NCBI GenBank assembly: GCA_029907105.1
Contig: JARYMM010000002.1
Span: forward strand, 18,992 to 82,991
DNA from: Anaerolineae bacterium
GTDB taxonomy: Bacteria > Chloroflexota > Anaerolineae > UBA3071
Reading direction: 5' to 3'
Length of the DNA stretch: 64,000 nucleotides
Below the pieces are notes generated by a model. That model had not been told where the DNA came from, searched no databases, and worked only from the letters and a program-made list of their open reading frames with translations. Each line of letters begins with the position of its first letter. The first letter of the stretch is position 1. The translations under genes and the position numbers were made by a program. Below are positions 53,910 to 62,851 of the stretch, one piece after another.

Positions 53910-56041
53910 GCAGAGGGCGGTCGGATCTCGAAGGTATAAGATGCCTCTTCCGTGGTCACCGGCGCCAGCGCGCTGACCACCAATACGGCCTTTCTCCCCG
54001 TCTGCCCCAGGCCCTTGATGGGCAACTGCCCGCATCCCGTATCGTCTATCGTCATGCGCTGCACGCTGAGGCTGAGGAGGCCCTGCTCGATGACCTGCAC
54101 CAGCCAGCGCTGCGGCAGGCGACCGTCAGTCAGCACCCAGCCTTCGGTTTGCCAGTCTCCCTCCCCGCTCTCGCCGTCATCGAAAAAACCCAGCGCAGGG
54201 ATGGCGATATCGTCCACGAACCAGCCGGGGTAGTTCACCGCATCGTCGGTGACGTACTCGAAACGCACCAGCACCTCCTGCCCGACATACGGGCTCAAGT
54301 CCATCCGCTCCTTCACCCACTCCGCCTCTGCCGATGTTGGCGTTTGGATTTTGGTTTTTGGATTTTGAGCTCCGGACTTCCCTGTATAGCCGACGCCGAA
54401 AGCGTTGCCCACCGGATTGTAGTCGCTGCTGTGCTCTCCTTCCAGAATGTGCCAGGTGGCCCCGCCATCGGTGGAGACCTCCACGTAACCGTAGTCGTAC
54501 CCTTCTTCGAGGTCGTACCAGAGCCAGAACTCCAGCGTGGCCTGGCTGACCTCGCTGAGGTCGAAGGCATGGGTCAGGCGGGTGTCGCTATCGTCGGCGC
54601 GGTGCGCCCACCAGGCGAAACGGCCGCTGTGCGCGGCGGTGGCTGCCAGCCGTGTCTCCGTTGCTCCGCAAAAGTCAATCACCACATCTCCCCGCCCGCT
54701 CAGCTCGAAGTAGTCGGCAGCATACTGGTGGACGGTCGTCCTTTCGCTGACAGGGTAGCTGCGATAACGGGCCTCCAGGGCCACCGGGCGGGGATTGTCC
54801 CGCTCGTAGCCGTAACGGCCATCCTCCAGCCTGGGCCTGTCCAGAAGGTTGGCGATCACCCAGTCGGCGAAGACGTCATCGAAGCGCAGGTCATAGCCTG
54901 CAGCAGCCAGTGCCTCATCGAAGCCGGCCGGCCCGTTGGCCGGCGAGGCCACCACGGCTTGCGTCAGCTCTTCGCCGAAGCGGTCGAGGAAGTAGCTCAT
55001 GAAAAGATAGGCGTTGCCATAGTGGTAGGCATTCAACTCCGGATCGTCGGTCCAGGTGGTGAGCTGCGTGTCCGGCTCCTGGCTGAAGACCACATCTGCC
55101 CCGCCGCGGGAGAAGCCGTTCAGCTCCGTGGCCAGCTCTGAAAGCCCCTCGTTGACCCAGGTCTCCTCGTTGCGGTCGTTGGCCCAATGGATCATGTGCT
55201 GGAACTCGTGGGCCAGCGTGCCATCGTAGAAGGCGGTCCCCGGCGGGTTGTTCTCCAGGTTGATGTAGAAGATCTCCCGCTCGTTGGAGTAGGGGTTGGC
55301 CAGGCGGGAGAACTCATCGGCAGAGGAGAAGTAACCGGCCACGCTGTCGCCCAGGTTGGTGGCGTTCAGGATGGTCAGATGCACATCGTTGTCCACGCCG
55401 GGCGACCATTCGGAGCCGAAGAAGGCGCGGTTGGTGGGGTAAGTCCGCTCCTCGAAGCGCCGCGCCGAGCGCTCCAGGTCGTCCAGGTCCACGTCCACCC
55501 CCTTCTCCACCCACATGTAGACGTGCGGCAGCTTCACCAGCAGCTCCGCTTCGATCTGGAAGTGCTCTTCCGTGTCCACGTTGCCCAGCCAGAAAGTCTC
55601 CACATCGCCCACCTCGTAGTGGGGCGGGGTGGCGTTGACCACCACGGGGATCTCGCCGGCGTGGTGGCGCAGGCGCAAGGCCAGGTCGCGCAGGTCCCGC
55701 GTGGGCAACACGGCCTGCGCCAGGTGTTCCTCGGTGCTGGGCGCGGGTGTGGCCATGGCCTTCGCGGTGGGTGTCGGCGCCGGCGTATCTGTGACGAGAG
55801 GGGGAGACGGGGAGAGGGGGAGACCTTCTTCCTGTCCCCTTGTCTCCTTGTCCCCTTGTCCCCCTGTCTCAGAAGGCGTGGGCGTGCGTGTGGGCGTCGG
55901 TATCGCTGTCGGCGTCGGCGGCTGACAGGAGACGAGCAGCGAGGTCATCAGGCAAACGGCTGCCAGGCAGCAGCAGGCGAGGATGACCAATGTGACAAGG
56001 AGGATGATGAGATTACGGTTGGTGGTGCTCATTGATGCCAT
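53858..56041 (-). CDS. secreted/membrane-anchored zinc metalloprotease (HExxH; InhA/M6-like) with a Pro/Thr-rich linker
   Basis: Has HEFQHMIHWAND...NEGLSE (HExxH plus downstream Glu). N-terminal transmembrane anchor. Linker TPTAIPTPTRTPTPSE. 727 aa. Confidence 0.65.
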   Translation of the reverse strand: MASMSTTNRNLIILLVTLVILACCCLAAVCLMTSLLVSCQPPTPTAIPTPTRTPTPSETGGQGDKETRGQEEGLPLSPSPPLVTDTPAPTPTAKAMATPAPSTEEHLAQAVLPTRDLRDLALRLRHHAGEIPVVVNATPPHYEVGDVETFWLGNVDTEEHFQIEAELLVKLPHVYMWVEKGVDVDLDDLERSARRFEERTYPTNRAFFGSEWSPGVDNDVHLTILNATNLGDSVAGYFSSADEFSRLANPYSNEREIFYINLENNPPGTAFYDGTLAHEFQHMIHWANDRNEETWVNEGLSELATELNGFSRGGADVVFSQEPDTQLTTWTDDPELNAYHYGNAYLFMSYFLDRFGEELTQAVVASPANGPAGFDEALAAAGYDLRFDDVFADWVIANLLDRPRLEDGRYGYERDNPRPVALEARYRSYPVSERTTVHQYAADYFELSGRGDVVIDFCGATETRLAATAAHSGRFAWWAHRADDSDTRLTHAFDLSEVSQATLEFWLWYDLEEGYDYGYVEVSTDGGATWHILEGEHSSDYNPVGNAFGVGYTGKSGAQNPKTKIQTPTSAEAEWVKERMDLSPYVGQEVLVRFEYVTDDAVNYPGWFVDDIAIPALGFFDDGESGEGDWQTEGWVLTDGRLPQRWLVQVIEQGLLSLSVQRMTIDDTGCGQLPIKGLGQTGRKAVLVVSALAPVTTEEASYTFEIRPPSAVPDSKASPLRFTQGKL
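54339..54375. repeat. family F1-like heptamer stretch (GGCGTTT GGATTTT GGTTTTT GGATTTT GAGCTCC) in-frame inside the metalloprotease gene
   Basis: Encodes the AQNPKTKIQTPTS segment. Confidence 0.7.
55801..55872. repeat. family F3 repeat (reverse complement GACAAGGGGACAAGGAGACA...) in-frame inside the metalloprotease gene
   Basis: Encodes SETGGQGDKETRGQEEG. It pairs with 16671..16720, which encodes ETRGQGDRGE. Confidence 0.7.
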
Positions 56042-56068
56042 GCCTTGTTGCCCCGTTGCCTTGTTGCC

Positions 56069-59000
56069 CTATTCCCGCGGCGGCAGGGGTTCGATCGCCG
56101 AAATGCGCCAGTCGGTGACATCCCTTCGGAAATGGACGCGGAAATGAAAGGCGCTGTCGCCCTCGGAGAAGAACTCGATGGGCTCTCCTTCCGCCTCCAG
56201 ATAGCCACCGGTGGCCAGCAGGCGATCGCCTTCGGGCCGCGGCAGCGACCAGCCTAGACCCAGCGCGGCTTCCACCAGCGCCTGATCGCTGACCCGTTCC
56301 GCCGCCGCGTCCAGGTCCCCCTCCCGCAGGGCGGCGATGAACTGGCTGAGCACGCTCATCGGCGTCTGCTGCAACTGCGCCGTCACCCGCACGTAGCTGT
56401 CCCCCTGCCGTTCCCAGACGGCGCCCACCCGCTGTTTGCTGTAATCGCCGATCTCGGCAAAGATTCGCGGCGCGGCGACGAAATCATCCGGCGGAGCGCC
56501 TGTCAGCCGCAGTTGCTCCAGGCCCCTGCCAGTAAACTGCACCTGCCCATCCACGCCACCCCAACTGCCGGGTGGCGCGTCCCACCAGGTCCACACCGGC
56601 TCCCAGTGGCCCGCTATCCTGCCGCTGCTGCTTATCTGCGAGGCGCAAAGCCGCAGCAACTGGTAATGCGCCTGCCGGCGGCTCCCCAGACGGTCGCCGG
56701 CAATGCCCAGTTCCAGGCCCTTCTCTCCATAGGCCGATCGCACGGCCTGCGGCGGCCGGCGCAGCGCTTCCCACATCCCGGTGCCGCTCGCCCACCACTG
56801 CTGCCACAGCTCGCCATTCTCCGGCCACAGCAGGTAGACCCACTCCCCCAGGGCAGCTACGGCGACCGGCCCTGCCCCTTCGCCGATGAAGAGGTACTCC
56901 TGGGTGCCGCGCTGGAAAACCAGCCCGCGGCCGGGCGAAGCGAGGAGGGCGCGCAGCGCGTCGGCGGCTTCTCCGCTGACCAGCCCGGACCCGCTGCTGG
57001 CGGGGGCGACGTCCGGCCGGGTCGCGGCCAGCGCTTCGGCCAGGAGGGTGGCAGTGTCACCCACGTAGACCATTGCGCCGTTCACCGTGGACGTCAGCGG
57101 CGGCCGCGGTGCATTCACGCCGCAGCCGACGATGGGCTCATCTTCCAGCGGGAAATAAGTGCGTGCATCGGCCCCATGCGCCCAGATGGTAGGGTAGGTG
57201 GTCACACCTTCCACCTCTGCCCACAGGTAGAGCTTGTTCCACGGGTTGCGGGCGGCGCGCACATCCACGTTGTTGAAATCCCACACCGGAAAGGTGATCG
57301 CCCCACGCCGCACCAGCCGCTTCTCCGCTTTCGTGGCCAGCGGCTTGCCCGTGCCCTGATTCCAGGCTCCATAGAGGGTGAGGCCGGCCGGCTCCCAGTC
57401 AACGGGCACGCTGCGGCCTGTCTCCGGCTCGAAGAGGGCCACGGTGACATTGGCCCAATCGGCCCGCTCCGCCGGCTGTTCGTGACCCAGGCCATCGTGC
57501 GGCCAGACGATCTGGATGCGCGCCTCTACTGCTTCCGGCGGGGCAGTGGCGATGCCTGTCGGCGTGTCCTGCTGGGGGAAATAGGTGCGGGGGTCGGCAC
57601 CGTGCGCCCAGATGCTGGTGGCCGTCTCCACGCCGGGCACCCGCACCAGGAAATAGAGCGTGCTCTGCCCATCGCGGGCGAGGGAGACATCCACGTCGTT
57701 CAGCTCCCAGAAGGGGAAGGGGCGGCCTTCCACGGAGCGCGGTTCGGCGGGCTTCAGCAAGCGCGCCGGCTCCGTGTTTACCGCCTGCCACACTTCGACG
57801 CGCGGCGTCCAGTGGCAGGGCGGCGGCACCAGGCTGCCAGGCCAGAAGAGCCGCAGGCCCAGGTTGGCCAGGGTTGCTTCCTGCACGGGCGCGCCGCCAT
57901 GCGGCCAGACGATCTCGATGCGGGCGTCCACCGCCTGAGGCGATGGGGGCGGCTGGGCTTCTTCTCCGGGGTTCAGGGCCCAAAGGCCGGCGGTGTCCGT
58001 GGCCGCCAGCAGGCCGGACCGTTCGCCGTGGCTTTCGGCCAGCGCCAGGACCAGGTTCTCGCCCAGGCCAGCAGCCACATTCTGCCAGCGCTGGCCACCG
58101 TCTGTGGAACGGTACACGCCGCCGCCATCGCGGCTGGCCCAGAGGGTCCCATCGGCCGTTTGCAGGAGCGAGAGGATGTCGCTGCCCGCCGGCAGCCCGG
58201 CGTGGCTGGCTTCCCAGCTCTCGCCGCCATCGCCGGAACGATAGAGGCCGGCACCGCTGGGGGCGATGTACACCTTCTCTGGGTTGGCCGCGTCCAGCAA
58301 TACACGGCGAACGGACGTCGTTTCCAGGCCCCTCGCCGCCGTGGTCAGCCGCTCCCAGCTCTGCCCGCCGTCGGACGAACGGTACAGGCCGCCCTGCTTC
58401 TCGCCGGACGATTGGGTCGCGGCGTAGAGGTCACCGCCGGCAGTCACGGCCAGGTCGTGGACGGGGAGAGGTTCCAGGCCGCTGGCCATCCAGGTGCGCC
58501 CGCCGTCTGTCGAGCGGTAGACGCCGCCATAGGTCCCGGCATAGAGCGTGTCGGCATCGTCGGGATCGAAGGCCAGGGCCTGGACAGGATGAGCATCGAG
58601 TGACACTTCCGCCCACGTCGTGCCGCTGTCTGCGCTCCACACCAGACCCCGGGAGGTGGCCACGAAGAGGTGAGAAGCCCACTTGGGGTGCTGCGTGAGG
58701 GCCCGCACGTCTTCCCACGGCCCTGTGGCCAGCGTGCGCCAGCTCTGGCCCCCATCGTCGCTGGAGAGCAGGGAGACCAACGGCTGGCCGAAAGCGGCAT
58801 GGGCCCACTGTAAGGCGACGGTGATGGTGCCGGGCGGAAACGGCGAGGTGAGCAACGCTCGCAGTTTGCTATTGGGCGGCAGGCCGACGCCGGTGGGCTG
58901 CCAGTGCTCCCCCGCGTCGGGGCTGAGGTACAGGCCGTGGCCGGTGGCGGCGAAGACGCTGCCCGGCTGAGCGGGGCGGGCCAGCAATGCCGTGGCTCCG

Positions 59001-60172
59001 GCCACTTCCAGGCCCCCCGGCAGCCGTTCCCAACGTTCGCCGCCGTCCAGGGAGCGATACAGGGCGCGGTCTGTGGCCAGCAAGAGAGCGGCGGGGTCGC
59101 CGGGAAGCCAGGCCAGGGCCTGTGCGCTGCCCGGCAGGGGGTCGCCGGGCAGCTCCCGCCAGGTGGCGCCGCCGTCGTCGCTGCGCAGCAGGCGCGTGGC
59201 GGTGAAGCCCTCGCCCGTCTCCGGGCAGGTCAGATAAAGCCGGGACGGGAGCACTTTGCCTCTGGATACGGCGATCAGCGTCTTCTGTCCCACCGGGCAG
59301 CGGGGCAGTGTGGCTTCCTGCCAGCTCTGTCCGCTGTCGTTGCTGATGAAGAGCCCGCCATAGGTGACCAGGTACAGCCGTCGGGCGTGCTGGGGGTCGA
59401 GCACGAGGTCGGTGAGGATGCCGTCGGGTGGCTGCCCGGACGCCAGAGCCTGGAACTCCTGCCAGGTGGTGCCGTTGTCGTCGCTGCGGTAGACGAGGGT
59501 GCGGGGGGATGCGGCGGCTTCCACGGCCCCCACGTACAGGGCGGCGCCATCGCTGCTGCGGCCGATGGCCAGGACCTTGAGCCGCCGGTAGGCAGGTGCC
59601 AGGTCCACTTTCTGCCAGGTAGTCCCGCCATCGCCGGAGCGGAGGAGGCCCTGGAACGGCGTGAGTTCTTCGCCATCGCCTGCCAGTCCGGCGTAGAGCT
59701 GGGCGGAGAACGAATCATAGGTCAGCGCCGTGATCTTGCCGTAAGGAAGGCTGTTGCCGGCGGGCTGCCAGGTATCGCCGCCATCGGTGGAGCGGTAGAG
59801 GGCCTGGGCCTGGCGGAGGGTGCCCCGCGCCAGCCATTGGGCATGGTCGTCCCCGCGTGTGCATTGCGTGGCGGCCACTGCCCACAGGCGGTCGGGCTGG
59901 CGCGTGTCCCAGGTCAGCAGGGTGACGGTGCCCGGCGGCCCATTCAGCGCCTGCCACAGCGGTTCCGGGGGCGGCGCAGCATGCACAGGCGCCGTCAGGG
60001 CCAGGGCACACAAAATCCAAAGCTCAAAGCTCAAAATCCAAAGCTTATGGCGAATGGGACGAAGGATGGCGAAAGAGACGATCGGTTTTCGCGTCTTTTG
60101 TGGGGTTTCGAGCTGTTCGCAGGCGGTTTTGAGGTTTGAACTTTGAGCTTTGACATCTAAAGAATTGTTCAC
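56069..60172 (-). CDS. very large secreted BNR/Asp-box-repeat beta-propeller protein (sialidase/xyloglucanase/Ycf48-like folds), ~1370 aa
   Basis: At least 13 S-x-D-x-G-x-T/S-W repeats (STDGGDTWQ, SGDGGTTWQ, SDDNGTTWQ, ...). Start proposed at GTG 60172 overlapping the upstream stop (GTGA). The signal peptide region is partly built from an F1 repeat arm. Confidence 0.65.
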   Translation of the reverse strand: MNNSLDVKAQSSNLKTACEQLETPQKTRKPIVSFAILRPIRHKLWILSFELWILCALALTAPVHAAPPPEPLWQALNGPPGTVTLLTWDTRQPDRLWAVAATQCTRGDDHAQWLARGTLRQAQALYRSTDGGDTWQPAGNSLPYGKITALTYDSFSAQLYAGLAGDGEELTPFQGLLRSGDGGTTWQKVDLAPAYRRLKVLAIGRSSDGAALYVGAVEAAASPRTLVYRSDDNGTTWQEFQALASGQPPDGILTDLVLDPQHARRLYLVTYGGLFISNDSGQSWQEATLPRCPVGQKTLIAVSRGKVLPSRLYLTCPETGEGFTATRLLRSDDGGATWRELPGDPLPGSAQALAWLPGDPAALLLATDRALYRSLDGGERWERLPGGLEVAGATALLARPAQPGSVFAATGHGLYLSPDAGEHWQPTGVGLPPNSKLRALLTSPFPPGTITVALQWAHAAFGQPLVSLLSSDDGGQSWRTLATGPWEDVRALTQHPKWASHLFVATSRGLVWSADSGTTWAEVSLDAHPVQALAFDPDDADTLYAGTYGGVYRSTDGGRTWMASGLEPLPVHDLAVTAGGDLYAATQSSGEKQGGLYRSSDGGQSWERLTTAARGLETTSVRRVLLDAANPEKVYIAPSGAGLYRSGDGGESWEASHAGLPAGSDILSLLQTADGTLWASRDGGGVYRSTDGGQRWQNVAAGLGENLVLALAESHGERSGLLAATDTAGLWALNPGEEAQPPPSPQAVDARIEIVWPHGGAPVQEATLANLGLRLFWPGSLVPPPCHWTPRVEVWQAVNTEPARLLKPAEPRSVEGRPFPFWELNDVDVSLARDGQSTLYFLVRVPGVETATSIWAHGADPRTYFPQQDTPTGIATAPPEAVEARIQIVWPHDGLGHEQPAERADWANVTVALFEPETGRSVPVDWEPAGLTLYGAWNQGTGKPLATKAEKRLVRRGAITFPVWDFNNVDVRAARNPWNKLYLWAEVEGVTTYPTIWAHGADARTYFPLEDEPIVGCGVNAPRPPLTSTVNGAMVYVGDTATLLAEALAATRPDVAPASSGSGLVSGEAADALRALLASPGRGLVFQRGTQEYLFIGEGAGPVAVAALGEWVYLLWPENGELWQQWWASGTGMWEALRRPPQAVRSAYGEKGLELGIAGDRLGSRRQAHYQLLRLCASQISSSGRIAGHWEPVWTWWDAPPGSWGGVDGQVQFTGRGLEQLRLTGAPPDDFVAAPRIFAEIGDYSKQRVGAVWERQGDSYVRVTAQLQQTPMSVLSQFIAALREGDLDAAAERVSDQALVEAALGLGWSLPRPEGDRLLATGGYLEAEGEPIEFFSEGDSAFHFRVHFRRDVTDWRISAIEPLPPRE
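60011..60154. repeat. family F1 element with inverted heptamer arms (CAAAATC CAAAGCT CAAAGCT CAAAATC CAAAGCT ... GGTTTTG AGGTTTG AACTTTG AGCTTTG AC) overlapping the 5' coding region of the BNR gene
   Basis: Arms at 60011..60045 and 60125..60154. The minus-strand translation of the arm gives HKLWILSFELWIL within the predicted signal peptide. Confidence 0.8.
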
Positions 60173-60915
60173 TGTCCCACCGTGACCTGTACGCGACAGG
60201 GTGGAGCGATCCAGTTGCCCGTGTAGTCTACCACCTTCAGTTGCAGCGTGTACACCCCAGGGGGAAGGCCGGAGACGTCCCACGTGCCCAGCACGCCATC
60301 GTACACCGGGGTGTCACCGCGCAGGATGAAGGAGAGGTCCTCGTCCCTTGGGTTGGGTCCCACCCCGAATTCCAGCTTGTAATACTCGAACCCCTCCCGG
60401 TAAGCCGAACCGGTCACCTGTACAGCGCCTCGCAGCACGGCATTCACTCCCGGCCAGGTCAGACGCGAGCGGGGGTCAGGGCAGGCCGGTGGCTGCACCG
60501 GTGGTGTTTCGGGAGTGGGCGGTTCCGTGGGCCGCGGGGTCGGCCGGGGCCGTGGCGTGGGCGTCACCGTGGGCGTGGGGGTGGGAGGGAGCGGCGTGGG
60601 TGTCGGCGTGGGCAGCAATAGCGCCGAGGTCGGTGTGAGGGCCTTGACTTCCTCTTCTATGGTCGGCGTGGGCACGGCCTCCACCAGGTAGGTGCTGATG
60701 TAGTAGACCACCCCTATCACGGCGAGGAGAACGAAGGCCACGCCGAAGATACCGCGCAGGCGGGCCAGGGCCGTCTCCCGCTCCAGGGTGTACATGGCCT
60801 GCCGCCGCTCTCGGCGCACGCGAAAGGTTTCGCGCAGATACCAGAGGGCGATCACGCCGCACAGGGCGTAGATCCAGGGGGCGTAATCTGCGATGAGCTG
60901 GATCAGCACACTCAT
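60169..60915 (-). CDS. membrane protein with two transmembrane helices, a Pro/Thr-rich linker and a C-terminal beta-rich domain
   Basis: Linker TPTPTPLPPTPTPTVTPTPRPRPTPRPTEPPTPETPP. Its start overlaps the pnp stop (ATGA). Confidence 0.55.
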   Translation of the reverse strand: MSVLIQLIADYAPWIYALCGVIALWYLRETFRVRRERRQAMYTLERETALARLRGIFGVAFVLLAVIGVVYYISTYLVEAVPTPTIEEEVKALTPTSALLLPTPTPTPLPPTPTPTVTPTPRPRPTPRPTEPPTPETPPVQPPACPDPRSRLTWPGVNAVLRGAVQVTGSAYREGFEYYKLEFGVGPNPRDEDLSFILRGDTPVYDGVLGTWDVSGLPPGVYTLQLKVVDYTGNWIAPPCRVQVTVGQ

Positions 60916-61769
60916 GGCTGTTGCCTCGCCAGCTCGGCCAGGATGCCCCGCAGCAGGGCCGTCAGGCGGGGCACCAGTAAGCGGCCAGCTTCCAGCACTT
61001 CCTCGTGGCTGGCTTCGCCGGCGGCGTCCGCCTCGGCGATGGCCACGTTGCTGATGCCGGAGATGCCCAACACGCGCATGGAGCCATGGCGGGCGACGAT
61101 GGCCTCGGGGACGGTGGACATGCCCACGGCATCGGCGCCGATAAGGCGCAGGAAGCGGATGTCGGCAGGGGTCTCGAAGGTAGGCCCGGCCAGGCCGATG
61201 TAGACGCCTTGTTGCAGGGGGATGTTCAGCTCGCCGGCCACGCGCAGGGCCAGCCGCCGCAGGCCGGGGTCGTACACTTTGGACATGTCGGGGAAGCGAG
61301 GCCCCAGGGCCGGATCGTTCGGCCCGCGCAGCGGGTTCAGGCCGGTCATGCCCATGAGGTTGATGTGGTCGGTGATCAGCATCAGGTCACCGGCCCGGAA
61401 GGCGGGATTGAGCCCGCCGGCGGCGTTGGTCAGGATCAACGTGTGCACGCCCAGGGTGCGCATGACGCGCACAGGGAAGGTGACCTGCTGCATGGAGTAG
61501 CCTTCGTAGTAATGCACACGCCCTTGCATGACCAACACAGGCATCCCCTGCAGCAGCCCCAGAAGCAGACGGCCGACGTGTCCCTCGACGGTGGCCGCAG
61601 GGAAGTAGGGGATCTCTTCGTAGGGGATGACATCCGCCTGGGCGATCTCTTCGGCCAGGGGGTTAAGACCGGAACCCAGCACCACGCCCACAGTGGGGCG
61701 GTGGGCGCTTCTGGCGCGGATATAGGCTGCCGCCTTCTCGAATTCTGCACGACCGAAGGTGTCAGGCAT
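60912..61769 (-). CDS. punA: purine nucleoside phosphorylase (PNP-I/PunA family)
   Basis: Has VVLGSGLNPLAE, HVGRLLLG and THGVY-type family motifs. Start at MPDTFG (ATG 61769). Confidence 0.85.
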   Translation of the reverse strand: MPDTFGRAEFEKAAAYIRARSAHRPTVGVVLGSGLNPLAEEIAQADVIPYEEIPYFPAATVEGHVGRLLLGLLQGMPVLVMQGRVHYYEGYSMQQVTFPVRVMRTLGVHTLILTNAAGGLNPAFRAGDLMLITDHINLMGMTGLNPLRGPNDPALGPRFPDMSKVYDPGLRRLALRVAGELNIPLQQGVYIGLAGPTFETPADIRFLRLIGADAVGMSTVPEAIVARHGSMRVLGISGISNVAIAEADAAGEASHEEVLEAGRLLVPRLTALLRGILAELARQQP

Positions 61770-61780
61770 GGCTTGGCTGT

Positions 61781-62701
61781 CTACTCTCCCTGCTCTTTGG
61801 CGCGCGGGTGGGCCTCGTCGTAAACCTCTCGCAGCCGTTGGTTGGAGACGTGTGTGTAGACCTGGGTTGTGGAAAGGCTGGCGTGCCCCAGCAGGTCCTG
61901 CACGTTGCGCAGGTCGGCCCCGCGGTCGAGCATGTGCGTGGCGAAGGAGTGGCGCAACGTGTGTGGGGTGACGTTCATATCGAGGTTGGCCTCCTGAACG
62001 TACTGCTTGACGATCAGCCACAGGCCCTGACGGGTCAGCCGCTGCCCGCGGGGGTTCAGGAACAGGGCCTGTTCATCCTGCCGATCGTGCAGGAGGCGGG
62101 CACGTCCCTTCTCCAGGTAGCGCTTCAGGGCTTCCACCGACCGGGCGTGGATCGGTAACTCCCGTTCTTTGGCCCCTTTGCCGTAGCAGCGGATGGTGCC
62201 CGTTTCCAGGTCCACATCGGTCAGATTCAGAGAGACAAGTTCCGTCACCCTCATGCCGGTGGCGTAGAGGAGTTCCAGCAGTGCCGTATCGCGCAGGGCT
62301 TTGGGGGATTCGCCTCTGGCCGCTGCCAGCAACCGCTCGATGTCTTCCGTAGCGGCCGCCCGCGGCAAGCGTTTCTTCACACGAGGGGAATCCAGGGTTA
62401 CTGTGGGGTCATCGGCGAGGACACCGCTCTGCAACAGATGGTGGAAGAAGGACTTGACGGCGGCTATCTTGCGGGCGACGGTGGATGAAGCATACTCGCG
62501 CTCCTTGAGATAGAGGATGTAAGCAATGATGGTATCCCTGCTCACCTTTTTCCAGTCCAGAGGGCTTTCCATACCGCGCTCTTGCGCCAGATACCTGGTC
62601 AATTGTGAAAGGTCATTGCGGTAGGCGGCAATGGTGTTGTTGGAGTAGCCCTTTTCCACCAGCAAGAAATCCAGAAAGCGCTGCACTTGCTCGTCAGTCA
62701 T
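61781..62701 (-). CDS. tyrosine site-specific recombinase, XerC/XerD family
   Basis: N-terminal SAM-like domain (NTIAAYRNDL) and C-terminal catalytic RHSFATHML...LGHASLSTTQVYTH with the Tyr. Confidence 0.85.
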   Translation of the reverse strand: MTDEQVQRFLDFLLVEKGYSNNTIAAYRNDLSQLTRYLAQERGMESPLDWKKVSRDTIIAYILYLKEREYASSTVARKIAAVKSFFHHLLQSGVLADDPTVTLDSPRVKKRLPRAAATEDIERLLAAARGESPKALRDTALLELLYATGMRVTELVSLNLTDVDLETGTIRCYGKGAKERELPIHARSVEALKRYLEKGRARLLHDRQDEQALFLNPRGQRLTRQGLWLIVKQYVQEANLDMNVTPHTLRHSFATHMLDRGADLRNVQDLLGHASLSTTQVYTHVSNQRLREVYDEAHPRAKEQGE

Positions 62702-62776
62702 GATACTCCCTCCCTGGTTTCAACCGAAAGATGAGATGTCGTCCTTGCCATCAGATGCTGACAAGCACTCCGGGTA

Positions 62777-62805
62777 AGCCATGTCTATTATAGCATAGCT
62801 TTTCA
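62777..62805 (-). promoter_or_regulatory. extended -10 promoter (TGCTATAAT) upstream of the recombinase gene; weak -35
   Basis: Plus-strand ATTATAGCA at 62777..62785. Confidence 0.35.
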
Positions 62806-62851
62806 TAAAGACAAAACGGGCAAGCTCAGGGCGTGCGTATTGGATTTCATA

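Noticed and set aside
61781-62701. Tyrosine recombinase considered as a marker of an integrated mobile element or prophage
   Set aside because: It has Xer-type N- and C-domains and is flanked by housekeeping genes (pnp, alr). No att-like direct repeats, phage or plasmid genes are nearby. It is most simply the chromosomal dimer-resolution recombinase.
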